64,000 nucleotides of DNA, from positions 21,677 through 85,676 of IMG/VR virus record IMGVR_UViG_3300021319_000137; one strand, written 5' to 3'. Source of the DNA: a virus. Its lineage: Duplodnaviria; Caudoviricetes. Position 1 is the first letter of the stretch. Each line of letters opens with the position of its first letter. Positions 28,006-38,179 of this stretch are shown here, in pieces. The position numbers and the translations under genes were made by a program. The notes beneath the pieces were generated by a model, which was not told where the DNA came from, did not search any database, and worked only from the letters and a program-made list of their open reading frames with translations.

Positions 28006-29805
28006 TTAAAGATTTAGAACCATCTGAACCCCTCGCGATGATATATGGAAATCCAATCCATTTAGCTTTCTTCTAATCTGATTCTCTGTTATTGTTGAAG
28101 GAATAGCAATTGTTAGTAATTGTTTTGCCCTTGAGCAAGCAACATAGATCAATCGATGCTTTTCTTTTATTTCAGCCAAGCCATTTGAATTGTCTGGAAG
28201 ATCATTAAATGAGATCACTTGTGCTCCTGATCTGTCATGCAAATATAGTAATACAGCATCGACAGAGGCCCCTTTGGCGGAGTGAATTGTTTGTGCAGTT
28301 ACTACGTTTTCTTCTACTTGTCCAAAATAAGTATCCACTGACTGATTGCGAAGTCTATTCATATTATAACCTTTCATTCGCTGTTTAAATTTAAAGTCTA
28401 AATCTTCAGTAATATTAAGACCATTTCTCAATAATAATCTCATGCTTTCATCCCATCTATTAAATGATAACGATAATGGTGGCATTGACTTCAAAAGTTT
28501 CAACAACATTATATTAAATTCTATTGTATTGCCTCTTTCTTTTAGGTAATTCTTCATTTCTGAAAAATGGCCATCACCATAAATCAAATACGCACAAATC
28601 CAGCCCATTTTCTCCAAAGCCTCTTTTATTTTATTTTGAACAAATAGTAATTCGGCGTCGATGATTCTATACGGAATCTCACTTTTCCATGGTTTGATAC
28701 TTGTTCTAAATGCTGCAAGTTTCGTCAAATCGGTCTTTCCTCTCACTAGAACCAATCTACTTTTCAGATTATAGCCCTCGCATATTTCACAAAACCGATC
28801 AAAAGCCATTCTTTCTTGTCCATTATCATACCTAATAATTTCAATCTGTATGTTAGCATCATCAACACCGTATGAAACAATATTAGGATAACCAATTGGC
28901 TTTAACCTACTATAAAAATCAATGATTCTCTGAACAGACCTCCTGTTTTCCATTAAAATTAAGTGATTCCACTCTTCTTTTTCATTATATTGTTGGAAGA
29001 TTTCAGGTCTTGCATTTCTCCATTCATAAACCGATTGATTGACATCGCCAACCAATTCTAGATTACTTAAGCCAGCATCTTTTAACAGCTCAAGAATCTC
29101 AAATTGATGATATGATGTGTCTTGAGCTTCATCCAATATAACATAGGGGAATCGATTTGCTAACGACTGTGCAACGACGAAATGTTTCTTCAATATATTC
29201 GATGCTACTAGCATTGCGTCGCTACTTTTCAGAGCACCATGAGTAAGCCTATAGTGTAATATTGCATTACAATAATTGAAAAGGCGTATGTCATTATCTT
29301 TACTTACTATTGTGTTTTCAATCTTAAATATATTGTGTCCAATATACTCAACCTTTTCGGGTTTATAACTATGAGCTAAATCATTGTATTCACGAAGAGC
29401 GTATGGAAGATATTCTCCTCCGTTATACTTATGAAAAAACAAATTATGAAGTATCTCATCCTCGTTTATAATTATAGGTTTAGATAACCCTTCAATCAGA
29501 TACCAATATCTCAATACGACATACTGGGTAATAAAACTATCGATGGTTCTAACTTCATTCGGGTAGTCGATAGAACGACCATGCATCTCTTTATACTTAG
29601 ATGAAATCTCTTCACAAGCTTTATTTGTAAAAGACATGCAGAGAACACCTGTACCATTAGAATTATTTATTCGACACTCTTCTATCAAAGTTTTGAGTTT
29701 ATATACAATACTTGTTGTTTTACCACTTCCAGGGCATGCTGTTAGTATGGTAAACCCACGAGCATTCAAGTACTCTCTTCTCTGATCTGTTATTTCGTAT
29801 TCCAT
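28006..29805 (-). CDS. gajB: UvrD-family helicase, Gabija GajB-like
   Basis: ACPGSGKTT, VILDEAQD, VGDVNQSVY, TIHSAKG, YVACSRA; directly downstream of the OLD nuclease; very low GC. Confidence 0.75.
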   Translation of the reverse strand: MEYEITDQRREYLNARGFTILTACPGSGKTTSIVYKLKTLIEECRINNSNGTGVLCMSFTNKACEEISSKYKEMHGRSIDYPNEVRTIDSFITQYVVLRYWYLIEGLSKPIIINEDEILHNLFFHKYNGGEYLPYALREYNDLAHSYKPEKVEYIGHNIFKIENTIVSKDNDIRLFNYCNAILHYRLTHGALKSSDAMLVASNILKKHFVVAQSLANRFPYVILDEAQDTSYHQFEILELLKDAGLSNLELVGDVNQSVYEWRNARPEIFQQYNEKEEWNHLILMENRRSVQRIIDFYSRLKPIGYPNIVSYGVDDANIQIEIIRYDNGQERMAFDRFCEICEGYNLKSRLVLVRGKTDLTKLAAFRTSIKPWKSEIPYRIIDAELLFVQNKIKEALEKMGWICAYLIYGDGHFSEMKNYLKERGNTIEFNIMLLKLLKSMPPLSLSFNRWDESMRLLLRNGLNITEDLDFKFKQRMKGYNMNRLRNQSVDTYFGQVEENVVTAQTIHSAKGASVDAVLLYLHDRSGAQVISFNDLPDNSNGLAEIKEKHRLIYVACSRAKQLLTIAIPSTITENQIRRKLNGLDFHISSRGVQMVLNL

Positions 29806-29807
29806 TC

Positions 29808-31718
29808 TTATTCGGTGAGGAAATTAATAGCATCTTTAATATAGTCCGGTACCTTGAAATTGCATTCACCCAGATCTATCTTGTCTTCCAAGTAATTTGC
29901 AAAATCTTGTGCAAACGCAGATTTCCCAGGCATACACTTCCATAATAAAAGAGCTGCAAGATATCTTTGCTCTTCATTCAAATAATCCCCCTCTATTGTA
30001 TTAAGATATAAATCGACAAAGCTAATCTTATTTGAATCAACACTTTGCAAATACTTATAGAAATCATTATTTCTAGTTTCTTCTTTTGTTTCAAGAACAT
30101 TAGCGAAAGCCAACTGAAACTCAAGAGTCTTTTTACCGGTTGACACCATTATTCCTGTTTGATTATTCCTCATCGACATCATATTATTAGCCCTATTACA
30201 TGGGCTATCAGATTCAATATTAGTTTTCAACTCATATAATTTCTGATAATCATTAACAACAAGATTCTCAAGCTTATATTCTGCTTTCTTGGAATCAGGA
30301 AATTCATCTGCATCAGTAATAAATGCTGCTTTCATTGGTAATCGTTTTGTGGGATCTGATGAATTGAATAACATGAGGAACTGACCAAATGCAGTGCCGC
30401 CCGTATCTACTAATTCAATCTCATAATCACCCAAAGGCCTCTCCATAATTTTTGATAAAGTATGTAAGAGCAATGCTTCAGAAACGCCTTCAACAAATAG
30501 CACTCCACTAGAGAATAGAAGTTGACTGCGAGTGACATCCAAATATCGAATAATCATGTCTCTATAATATTTGCAACGAGACTCATCTACGTACTTATCA
30601 TTATTTGTATCATACTTTATTCTTTCGATTGCTCTATTATTGAAACAATTAGCAATACTGTATTGTTTATCCTTAAGAAGTATAATGTTTTCTAAAGGAA
30701 TACGAGATGTTAAAGTTGGAGAGTGAGTCGTTATAAAAGTTTGGGAATTGCTTTCTTCATTTGCTCTCTTCAGGAAGTCATATAAGTTAATTTGCAGCTG
30801 GGGATGTAGATGGGCTTCGGGCTCTTCTATAAACAATGCAAACAAAGTGTTTTTCTCACTCTCATGAAAATCTTTTATATCACTCAATACCGTTGCAATA
30901 TAAATTAAGTTATTATAGCCAAGACTATTCTTCCATAATCTATAACCATCAATTTTCTTGTTATTACTAATAGGTATAAAAGGTTTTATTGTATTTACTA
31001 TGTAGTCTATTTTACTTGGTGTTATTGACAAATCTATTGATTGTGGTGCCTTCTTTAATATGGTGCTGAGATTATCATTAATATTTCCCTTAGTAGCTCT
31101 TACTTCATCTTGCGCTAATAGTCGGTTATTGGCTTCAACGAAAATATCTGAGATTGAATCTTCATTATTGCTATTTTCGACTCTACGTTTTATTACCTTG
31201 CCAAGTAAATTATTACGAGAATCCATCAAATCATGGGTACTATCACGTAATGCACTTAGATAGTATGAACGAAAGAGTTGGAATGAATCATAGTCAGCTT
31301 TCTGCTCTGCCTCCTTCTTTCCAGTAAAATAAGTTCTTGATATACGACCATCAGCAGAGAGATTATATTCAATTGTGACCTCTGCACAAACCTCATCGCC
31401 ATTAATGACTAGATAGTTGCAAAAAGCACCTAATTGTGTTTCAGATAAGTCTTCGAAAGAGTAACGTATTTCTATATGATTCTCTGATACCTCTATCTCG
31501 TGTCCATCGTCGTATGATACAGTTCTATAAAAATCCTCACGAGAAATAATCTGATCACTATATTGGTCACCCCAACCATAAAACAGTCTTATGGCGTCGA
31601 TCAGTGTAGTTTTTAAAGAACCATTGGGTCCAATTATAACATTAATATTCTTGTCGAAATTAACGATAAGCTCTTTTATTCCACGAAAGTTCTTTATGTA
31701 GATTCTGCTCAAAAACAT
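29808..31718 (-). CDS. gajA: OLD-family ABC-ATPase/TOPRIM nuclease, Gabija GajA-like
   Basis: IKNFRGI, GPNGSLKTT, IEEPEAHLHP, ITTHSP, FVEGVSE, ITDAD. Confidence 0.78.
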   Translation of the reverse strand: MFLSRIYIKNFRGIKELIVNFDKNINVIIGPNGSLKTTLIDAIRLFYGWGDQYSDQIISREDFYRTVSYDDGHEIEVSENHIEIRYSFEDLSETQLGAFCNYLVINGDEVCAEVTIEYNLSADGRISRTYFTGKKEAEQKADYDSFQLFRSYYLSALRDSTHDLMDSRNNLLGKVIKRRVENSNNEDSISDIFVEANNRLLAQDEVRATKGNINDNLSTILKKAPQSIDLSITPSKIDYIVNTIKPFIPISNNKKIDGYRLWKNSLGYNNLIYIATVLSDIKDFHESEKNTLFALFIEEPEAHLHPQLQINLYDFLKRANEESNSQTFITTHSPTLTSRIPLENIILLKDKQYSIANCFNNRAIERIKYDTNNDKYVDESRCKYYRDMIIRYLDVTRSQLLFSSGVLFVEGVSEALLLHTLSKIMERPLGDYEIELVDTGGTAFGQFLMLFNSSDPTKRLPMKAAFITDADEFPDSKKAEYKLENLVVNDYQKLYELKTNIESDSPCNRANNMMSMRNNQTGIMVSTGKKTLEFQLAFANVLETKEETRNNDFYKYLQSVDSNKISFVDLYLNTIEGDYLNEEQRYLAALLLWKCMPGKSAFAQDFANYLEDKIDLGECNFKVPDYIKDAINFLTE

Positions 31719-31990
31719 ATAATCCCGGACTTTAATTTATTGATAAACAGGTCTTATTATTCTAGTTCATTGTAAATAACAACGATTTAATAAACCGCTT
31801 TCACGATCACATGCAAATATACTACTTTTCTCTGAATTACCCCAATATATAAAAACTTGACTTTCAACAAACGGGAGGAATGGTATTGTTGTTCCTTTTG
31901 TTAGAGGTGTCCTTTTTTTTGCTGTTTTTATATACCTATGCAAATTTTCTAATAAAAAATGGACAGGTAGAGGATAGATAAGGAGATATA

Positions 31991-32131
31991 GAAGGAAAAG
32001 AACAGTGCGTCCACAAGACGCACTCCATCCGAAACAAGAGAGAGGCGGACGGGGCTAGAGGCGAGGCGGCAGCAGGTGGGTCTCTCTTTGCTTGCGGATT
32101 GGGTGAGCGTTAGCGAGCCGTTCCTTTCTTC
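31991..32131. other. Nested imperfect inverted repeats in a GC-rich non-coding block
   Basis: gtgcgtc/gacgcac hairpin (32005-32023); atccgaaacaagagagag pairs with ctctctttgcttgcggat; outer gaaggaaaagaac/gttcctttcttc. Confidence 0.4.
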
Positions 32132-32411
32132 TATTCAACAAGTGCGTAAGCATTTTTCCTGGTTAAATGGACACTGGCCGGAGCCCAAGTGAAGGCCAAG
32201 TGGACGTCAAGGAAAAATCGTTCGAAGAGGTTCCAATGAAGTTTTGAGGGCGACCGAGAAACTGAATGGGTTCTCGAGAAATGTGATATCAGAATGAATA
32301 TAAGATAGTTAGTCAGATTATTAACCTCAAATCACCCAGTTAAAAACAAATTATAAACGGTCGCAAGTGTACATAAAAACATACATTAGCGACCACTTTC
32401 ATTTTCTAAGT

Positions 32412-32446
32412 GAGCTATAACCCGATTTTTTTTGGACTTATAGCTC
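32412..32446. repeat. Palindromic element copy 1 (12-bp arms, 11-nt T-tract spacer) abutting the ATPase stop codon
   Basis: gagctataaccc gattttttttg gacttatagctc. Confidence 0.85.
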
Positions 32447-33879
32447 TATATCTTCTCGGCGAAAAGATGCTTGAGTGTTACTACTTGATCTGCCATATAA
32501 GCATTTGCATTGCGCTTGATTCCGTATGGCGAGACCATAGTTTGGTGTAATGCATGACGAGTACCTGTAACACTGCGGAATGTGGCTTTTCTGTCTCGGA
32601 GTTCTTTTGCGTATTTGCTGGTGATCTCATATTCTCCATCAGCATATTTCATCTCGCAAAGGTTGATGGTCTTGTCTCTTCTCACAATCAGCAGGTCAAT
32701 CTGGGCTCCACTCGTGTATTCATCGCCTGCATAACGCCATGAGCACACTTCGGTCTGGACTCCGGCAATTCCCAATGCTTGCTTGATTTGAGGAATATGC
32801 AGCAGACACACCTGTTCAAATGCGATGCCGGTCCAAGTACGACGTGACGGATGGTCTATCGTGTTTGACCAATGGTGCTCATCCATTCCGTTATACTTCT
32901 CGACAAAACGTTTGTGGAAGAGTATCGAGAGATCGGTCAACTGGTACAGACTGTCGCGTTCCCGTTTCCCAAAGCCATTGTATTTGCGAATGAAGTCACA
33001 ACTGATCAGGTTCTTCAATGCTTTAGTCAAGATTCCATTCTCGCTAACCTTGGCTGCTTTGGCAATATCTTGACGGCTGATGCCCATGTTTTTTTTACTG
33101 ATGGCATCAATGACACGTTTATAAAAGTCAGAATCCTTGAAAAGCGAACGGAACAGGAAATCATATTCATCCTTGAGAGGTGCGCCCTCATGGAAAAACA
33201 GATTGTCAATGTTTGCGTCAAGACTCAGATCTTTCTTCAGCATAGTCAGGTACAACGGCACGCCACCAAACACCATATATGCATCCAGCACCAAGCCAGG
33301 ATCCCAGTCCACACCATTATTCTTGAGCAGGAGTGATGCTTCATGCAGGTTGAATGGAGCCAGATGAATACGTTCGGTAGTGCGGTTATACAAACCACCT
33401 TTTCCACTGATGAACTTATCGGTCATCCAAGTGGTGGCGCTTCCACAGACGATGAGTTTGAGCCTCTCCTCGGTTGAGCCCCAGCTGTTCCAGAACCACT
33501 CAAATGCTTTGAGGAACTGGCTTGCCCGGGTATCAAACCAGGGCAATTCATCGAGAAAAACGATAAGACGTTGCTTTTTGAGACTGGACAGATAATCACG
33601 CAGCTGCATGAAAGCCTGCATCCATGTTTGAGCCTTCGGGATGGGCTTCTTGCTGTTTTGATTCAAGGCATCATTGAACGCTGTCAACTGATCCGCTTTC
33701 CTGCCCTCAAAGATGCCGGTTGCATAGAAATCAAACTTGTTCTTGAAAAACTCCTTCACGAGAAAGGTTTTGCCAATACGTCTGCGTCCATAGATAGCAA
33801 CCAATTCAGCCTTGCCCGAAGCGACAATAGCCTCCAGCTGGTTGATTTCTCTTTCTCGTCCAATGATTGTCTGAGCCAT
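32446..33879 (-). CDS. AAA+ ATPase (ATPase_2 / wHTH / DUF234-like PD-(D/E)XK C-terminus), paralog 1
   Basis: YGRRRIGKT, VFLDELPW, IVCGS, QIDLLI...LCEMKY; ATG 33879. Confidence 0.85.
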   Translation of the reverse strand: MAQTIIGREREINQLEAIVASGKAELVAIYGRRRIGKTFLVKEFFKNKFDFYATGIFEGRKADQLTAFNDALNQNSKKPIPKAQTWMQAFMQLRDYLSSLKKQRLIVFLDELPWFDTRASQFLKAFEWFWNSWGSTEERLKLIVCGSATTWMTDKFISGKGGLYNRTTERIHLAPFNLHEASLLLKNNGVDWDPGLVLDAYMVFGGVPLYLTMLKKDLSLDANIDNLFFHEGAPLKDEYDFLFRSLFKDSDFYKRVIDAISKKNMGISRQDIAKAAKVSENGILTKALKNLISCDFIRKYNGFGKRERDSLYQLTDLSILFHKRFVEKYNGMDEHHWSNTIDHPSRRTWTGIAFEQVCLLHIPQIKQALGIAGVQTEVCSWRYAGDEYTSGAQIDLLIVRRDKTINLCEMKYADGEYEITSKYAKELRDRKATFRSVTGTRHALHQTMVSPYGIKRNANAYMADQVVTLKHLFAEKI

Positions 33880-33955
33880 GATGTTTTCAGTTATTGATGA
33901 TGACACAAAAGTACTGACATTAAACAAAATGACCAAATTTTTCGAGTGAGAAAGT

Positions 33956-33991
33956 GAGCTATAACTCGATTTTTTTTTGGACTTATAGCTC
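33956..33991. repeat. Palindromic element copy 2 (12-bp arms, 12-nt spacer) upstream of the ATPase promoter
   Basis: gagctataactc gatttttttttg gacttatagctc; minus-strand -7 box TACTTTTG at 33913-33906. Confidence 0.85.
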
Positions 33992-34109
33992 ACCAACTAC
34001 ATTTTCTCCCCCTTCTCATTCTCACATTAAACCCTTATATGTAAGAGAATTAGACAACATTTTTATTAACAATTAAACTGACATTTACAAACAAAACAGA
34101 GAGAAGACA

Positions 34110-34253
34110 ATGAACAATTTACCAAAACTCGTCATGGCCTTGTTTGGTATATCTGCTGTATTGGATATCGCAGAAAAGATCCACAATTGGGGCCGTGACA
34201 AGAAGAATGAGAAAGAAGAGAAGAAAGAACAAGATGAACCGTCACGGGTGTAG
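34110..34253 (+). CDS. Possible 47-aa amphipathic peptide
   Basis: MNNLPKLVMALFGISAVLDIAEKIHNWGRDKKNEKEEKKEQDEPSRV; A-rich leader typical of Bacteroidetes translation starts. Confidence 0.4.
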   Translation: MNNLPKLVMALFGISAVLDIAEKIHNWGRDKKNEKEEKKEQDEPSRV

Positions 34254-34413
34254 CTGCAAAGAAATCAAAAGCAGGAAACGCTATTGACGGAATTGTGATC
34301 GTATGCGAAACTATTGCGACGATTCTCAAGAATTCAAAGAAATTGGTGAAGATCCTGGAAAAGCTCCGGGGTCCACCATGATGTTATTAACCATTTAACT
34401 AACAACAGAACAA

Positions 34414-35448
34414 ATGGAACAAACAACAATCATTCCGCCATCAACTTACCTCCCAATGGTAGTCGAAGCGGAGCAAACAACAAACATCGGGGAGACCATT
34501 ATCGACGCTGAAATCATTACCGAAGAAGCAACGGCCACCCCTTTCATTGAGGCTAACTCCATTCCCATCACTTTGGAGAGCCTTCAGAACGACTGTGTGA
34601 TACCTAATTTCGCCAAGGATAACGAGGCGGTAATTTCACACTCACAGTTTATCGGGGCAACCTATCAAGCGCTCAGAGACTTTTACCGGTCAGAGCAGAT
34701 CGACGAGCCCCAAATCAGAGTAAGTCATATCATCAGAGGCCGAATTCCCGAAGCCATCAACAAGAAGAGCTCGGAACTACTACCTCACGAAATGACCCAA
34801 TACTATGAACGAATGGCCTTTTGCATCAACGTTCCCACCATCTATCAGGACGTTAACGGCAATAGGCTGCAACTGTCCATCGTGGGAGTCAAATCCTACG
34901 GACGTGACAACTTGAACGGAAAACTCACGGCACAGAAATTTTCTATCGCCGTTGGATTCCAGAATACCGTCTGCTGCAACCAATGTATTTGGACAGACGG
35001 CTACAAAGATGACATTCGGGCATTATCGCCGGGGGAAATCTACCAACATACCCTCAGGCTGCTCGATACCTACGACATGGCTAAACATATCTACCTGCTT
35101 CAATCGCTGGGAGACCTTTATCTGTCAGAGACTCAATTTGCCCTTATCTTGGGTAAAATGCGTCTGTATAACTACCTACCCCAAAGGATTCAGAGGGGAA
35201 TACCTGAAATGCTGATTACCGATTCAATGGTTAACAGTGTAGCCCGCCAATATTACCGCGATCCCAACTTCAAGGTCAGCGGGGGCGAACTCAGTATGTG
35301 GAATTTCTACAACCTCTTGACCGGGGCCTGCAAAGGAAGTTATATCGACACATTCCTTTCAAGACAAGCCAATGCACTTACAACGAGTCTCGGCATAGCT
35401 GAAGGGCTGCGAGACGAAGATTCCGGGTATAGCTGGTTCATCAGTTAA
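34414..35448 (+). CDS. DUF3871-family protein of Bacteroidales mobile elements
   Basis: FIEANS...LQNDCVIPNFAKDNEAVISHSQFI...YYERMAFCI...VCCNQC...WNFYNLLTGACKGSYID. Confidence 0.75.
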   Translation: MEQTTIIPPSTYLPMVVEAEQTTNIGETIIDAEIITEEATATPFIEANSIPITLESLQNDCVIPNFAKDNEAVISHSQFIGATYQALRDFYRSEQIDEPQIRVSHIIRGRIPEAINKKSSELLPHEMTQYYERMAFCINVPTIYQDVNGNRLQLSIVGVKSYGRDNLNGKLTAQKFSIAVGFQNTVCCNQCIWTDGYKDDIRALSPGEIYQHTLRLLDTYDMAKHIYLLQSLGDLYLSETQFALILGKMRLYNYLPQRIQRGIPEMLITDSMVNSVARQYYRDPNFKVSGGELSMWNFYNLLTGACKGSYIDTFLSRQANALTTSLGIAEGLRDEDSGYSWFIS

Positions 35449-35474
35449 TCAGCCGTATTAGCCTTGATTCCGAG

Positions 35475-35509
35475 GAGGATTCACAATTACACGTGAGTCC
35501 TCTTTTTTT
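35475..35509 (+). terminator. Intrinsic terminator
   Basis: gaggattcac/gtgagtcctc followed by T7. Confidence 0.7.
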
Positions 35510-35550
35510 CATTTAACAACTTACCAAACAACAATTTAAAGACTAGAAAA

Positions 35551-37143
35551 ATGAACAAGATTCAAAGTTTTAAGAACGCTCAGGAATTCCAAGAGCTTTT
35601 CGGGATTCAGGAGCATAATAACGGCGTTAAGAGCCGTAGAAACAAGATCCTGCTTGCCCTTTTGAAAAGTAAATCAGTTTGGGCTTATTGCAGAGAACAT
35701 GAAGATTGGTCGCTTCTGGCTATCAAGAGTATGCCGGAAATGAAGACCACATTAACGAAGATGATTGCAGATGCCGGGGTTCATCAGGGCCTCGATTATA
35801 CTGTAGTGTTGAACGGAACCACCTATCACAGCAACACCTACGAAACAGACTCATATCGTGGTGTGCCTGAGGATGGTTCAATCGCATTTGTCCGTTATAT
35901 CAACCACGACAACAACGATGGAATTTTCAAGATGAAGGCTGGACGTTTTTTCGGCAAACTCATCGACGAAACCAACATTGGCCAAGCACTTCCACAACAG
36001 GTTAAGACTTGGCTGTGTGAGGAGTTTTCACAAGACTGGCAGGTATATATCGCCGGTACACTTCCCAACTATACCTTGCTTGTAGATCATGACTTCGCTG
36101 AGATCTATTCCGGTGAGGCTTGTTCTCCAGGAATGAATTCGTGTATGATTGACAGAGGTTTTCACAATTTCTATCGGGACAGTGTGAAGGCTAAGGCTGC
36201 TCGTCTTGTGGGAGATGACGGGATGATTCTTGCCCGCTGTATCATCTTCACTGAGGTACATGATGAGGACGATAAGGTATGGCGTTTAGCAGAGAGACAA
36301 TATGCTAAAGACCAGAGCGACATCCTTAAGAGAGCACTTGTAGATGCCCTCATTAAAGCTGGAGAAATCGATGGCTATAAAATCGTAGGGGCCGATTGTG
36401 GAAATTCAAGAGGCTTTGTCGATGTAGAAGGAAATTCACTTTCACACAAGAAGTTCTATATCGAATGTAACTTGGATTGGGGCGATAGACTCAGTTACCA
36501 GGATTCTTTCAAGTACTACAATCTCAACTCAAATATCGCTTACAACTATACCGATGTGGATTACTCGTATAATCTCGATACCACAAATGGGCAATTGGAA
36601 AATGATGATGAGGATTTGTACTATGCAGAGTATCAAGACAGGGACGCGTATGAAATCTGTGATGTTTACTATCACGGATCTGAGATAACCTGTGACTCCG
36701 ACTGCATGGAGGACTTTGAATACTTCCAGGACAACTACTATCACAGCGAGGACGATCTTACCAACTGTCCTGAATGTGGCGCTAGAATGCTTGAACCTGA
36801 GTATTATCGTGATGAGCTCTTTTATTCAGAGTTGACTGAGGAATACTACTGCTGTCAAGGTTGCAAGGAGAAGGCTGAACTCCAGTATAAGAAGGACAAC
36901 TGGCATTACTGCGACTTTGATCAGAAATTCTATGAGCAAGATGATATTCTCACGACCTATAATGCCTGGAATGAAGATCTGGGTTTGTATGAGACCAAGA
37001 CCGTGAATATTGACATGGTGGAGGTCTATGTGAACTGTGAAATCCTGTTCCGTATAGGCAATGAACTTTACGATGAGATTAATGAGCAACAGTCTCTGCC
37101 CCTTGACGTACCAGTCGAGGAGGAGGCACTTATTGAAGCTTAG
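35551..37143 (+). CDS. Phage-like hypothetical protein (NSCM motif; acidic, Tyr/Cys-rich C-terminus)
   Basis: 530 aa; GMNSCM, LARCIIF, LSYQDSF; CPECG and CCQGC motifs. Confidence 0.75.
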   Translation: MNKIQSFKNAQEFQELFGIQEHNNGVKSRRNKILLALLKSKSVWAYCREHEDWSLLAIKSMPEMKTTLTKMIADAGVHQGLDYTVVLNGTTYHSNTYETDSYRGVPEDGSIAFVRYINHDNNDGIFKMKAGRFFGKLIDETNIGQALPQQVKTWLCEEFSQDWQVYIAGTLPNYTLLVDHDFAEIYSGEACSPGMNSCMIDRGFHNFYRDSVKAKAARLVGDDGMILARCIIFTEVHDEDDKVWRLAERQYAKDQSDILKRALVDALIKAGEIDGYKIVGADCGNSRGFVDVEGNSLSHKKFYIECNLDWGDRLSYQDSFKYYNLNSNIAYNYTDVDYSYNLDTTNGQLENDDEDLYYAEYQDRDAYEICDVYYHGSEITCDSDCMEDFEYFQDNYYHSEDDLTNCPECGARMLEPEYYRDELFYSELTEEYYCCQGCKEKAELQYKKDNWHYCDFDQKFYEQDDILTTYNAWNEDLGLYETKTVNIDMVEVYVNCEILFRIGNELYDEINEQQSLPLDVPVEEEALIEA

Positions 37144-37148
37144 ACATT

Positions 37149-38117
37149 ATGAAACTGCTTAAGAAACTTTATTCCATTCACAGCAAGAGTGGAAAGGAAC
37201 AGAAGATGATCAAATTTCTGCTTTGGTGGATTAGAAACAATATACCAGAAGCGAAAGTTGATATTGATAAAGAAATTGGAAACATCTACGTGACCAAAGG
37301 CGTTTCCGATACCTATCCCTGCATCGTGAGCCATATTGATCAGGTGCAGACGATTCATTCACGTGATTTTCAGGCTATCGAGACCAAGGACATCATTTTC
37401 GGCTATAGTCCCAAGAATAAAAGACTTGAAGGACTTGGAGCCGACGATAAAAATGGTGTATGGATCTGCCTGAAATGTCTGATGAAATACGAGAATCTTA
37501 AAGTGGCATTTTTCGTTGGTGAGGAAGTCGGATGTGTCGGCAGTAGTAAGGCTGACATGGATTTCTTCAAAGACGTTAGATTTGTGATTCAGTGTGACCG
37601 TAGAGGAAGTAATGACCTTATCGCTTCCATCTGCTCCACTGAAATAGCTTCAAAAGATTTTATTGAAGCGACCGGACATGAGCAATTCGGTTATCATCTT
37701 GAGGAAGGGATGATGACTGATGTGCTTACCCTTAAAGAGAACTGTCTTCAAGTTTCTGCCGTGAATATGAGTTGTGGCTATTATGACCCCCACAGCGATC
37801 ATGAATTTACGGTGAAACGAGACCTTCTGAACTGCTTGTCATTCATCGAGCATATCATCGAGAACTGCACTGGAACATACCAACACCAGTGCGATTATTC
37901 GATGGGGTTCTACGACGACTACCTGTATGAGTATTATGATGAACTGTATGAGTTGCTGCAAACTTATCCTGACCTGACTTTTGGAGAGATAGAAGCGGCA
38001 TATCAGCAACATAATCCCAGGTTAGACCACAAGGAACTGAAATCAACCTTCGATATGGTAAAAGCTGATTTGGATTTTTGGGGTAAAGAGGAAGAATATT
38101 ACAAACAATGCTATTAA
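37149..38117 (+). CDS. Zn-dependent peptidase (M20/M28/M42 clan)
   Basis: SHIDQV, LGADDKNG, GEEVGCVGS, DRRG, GYYDPHSDHE. Confidence 0.85.
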   Translation: MKLLKKLYSIHSKSGKEQKMIKFLLWWIRNNIPEAKVDIDKEIGNIYVTKGVSDTYPCIVSHIDQVQTIHSRDFQAIETKDIIFGYSPKNKRLEGLGADDKNGVWICLKCLMKYENLKVAFFVGEEVGCVGSSKADMDFFKDVRFVIQCDRRGSNDLIASICSTEIASKDFIEATGHEQFGYHLEEGMMTDVLTLKENCLQVSAVNMSCGYYDPHSDHEFTVKRDLLNCLSFIEHIIENCTGTYQHQCDYSMGFYDDYLYEYYDELYELLQTYPDLTFGEIEAAYQQHNPRLDHKELKSTFDMVKADLDFWGKEEEYYKQCY

Positions 38118-38179
38118 CCGAACGAAGGCTCTCACAAAACTCAACATGTGGGGGCCTTCTTCATAAAACACAAATAACA

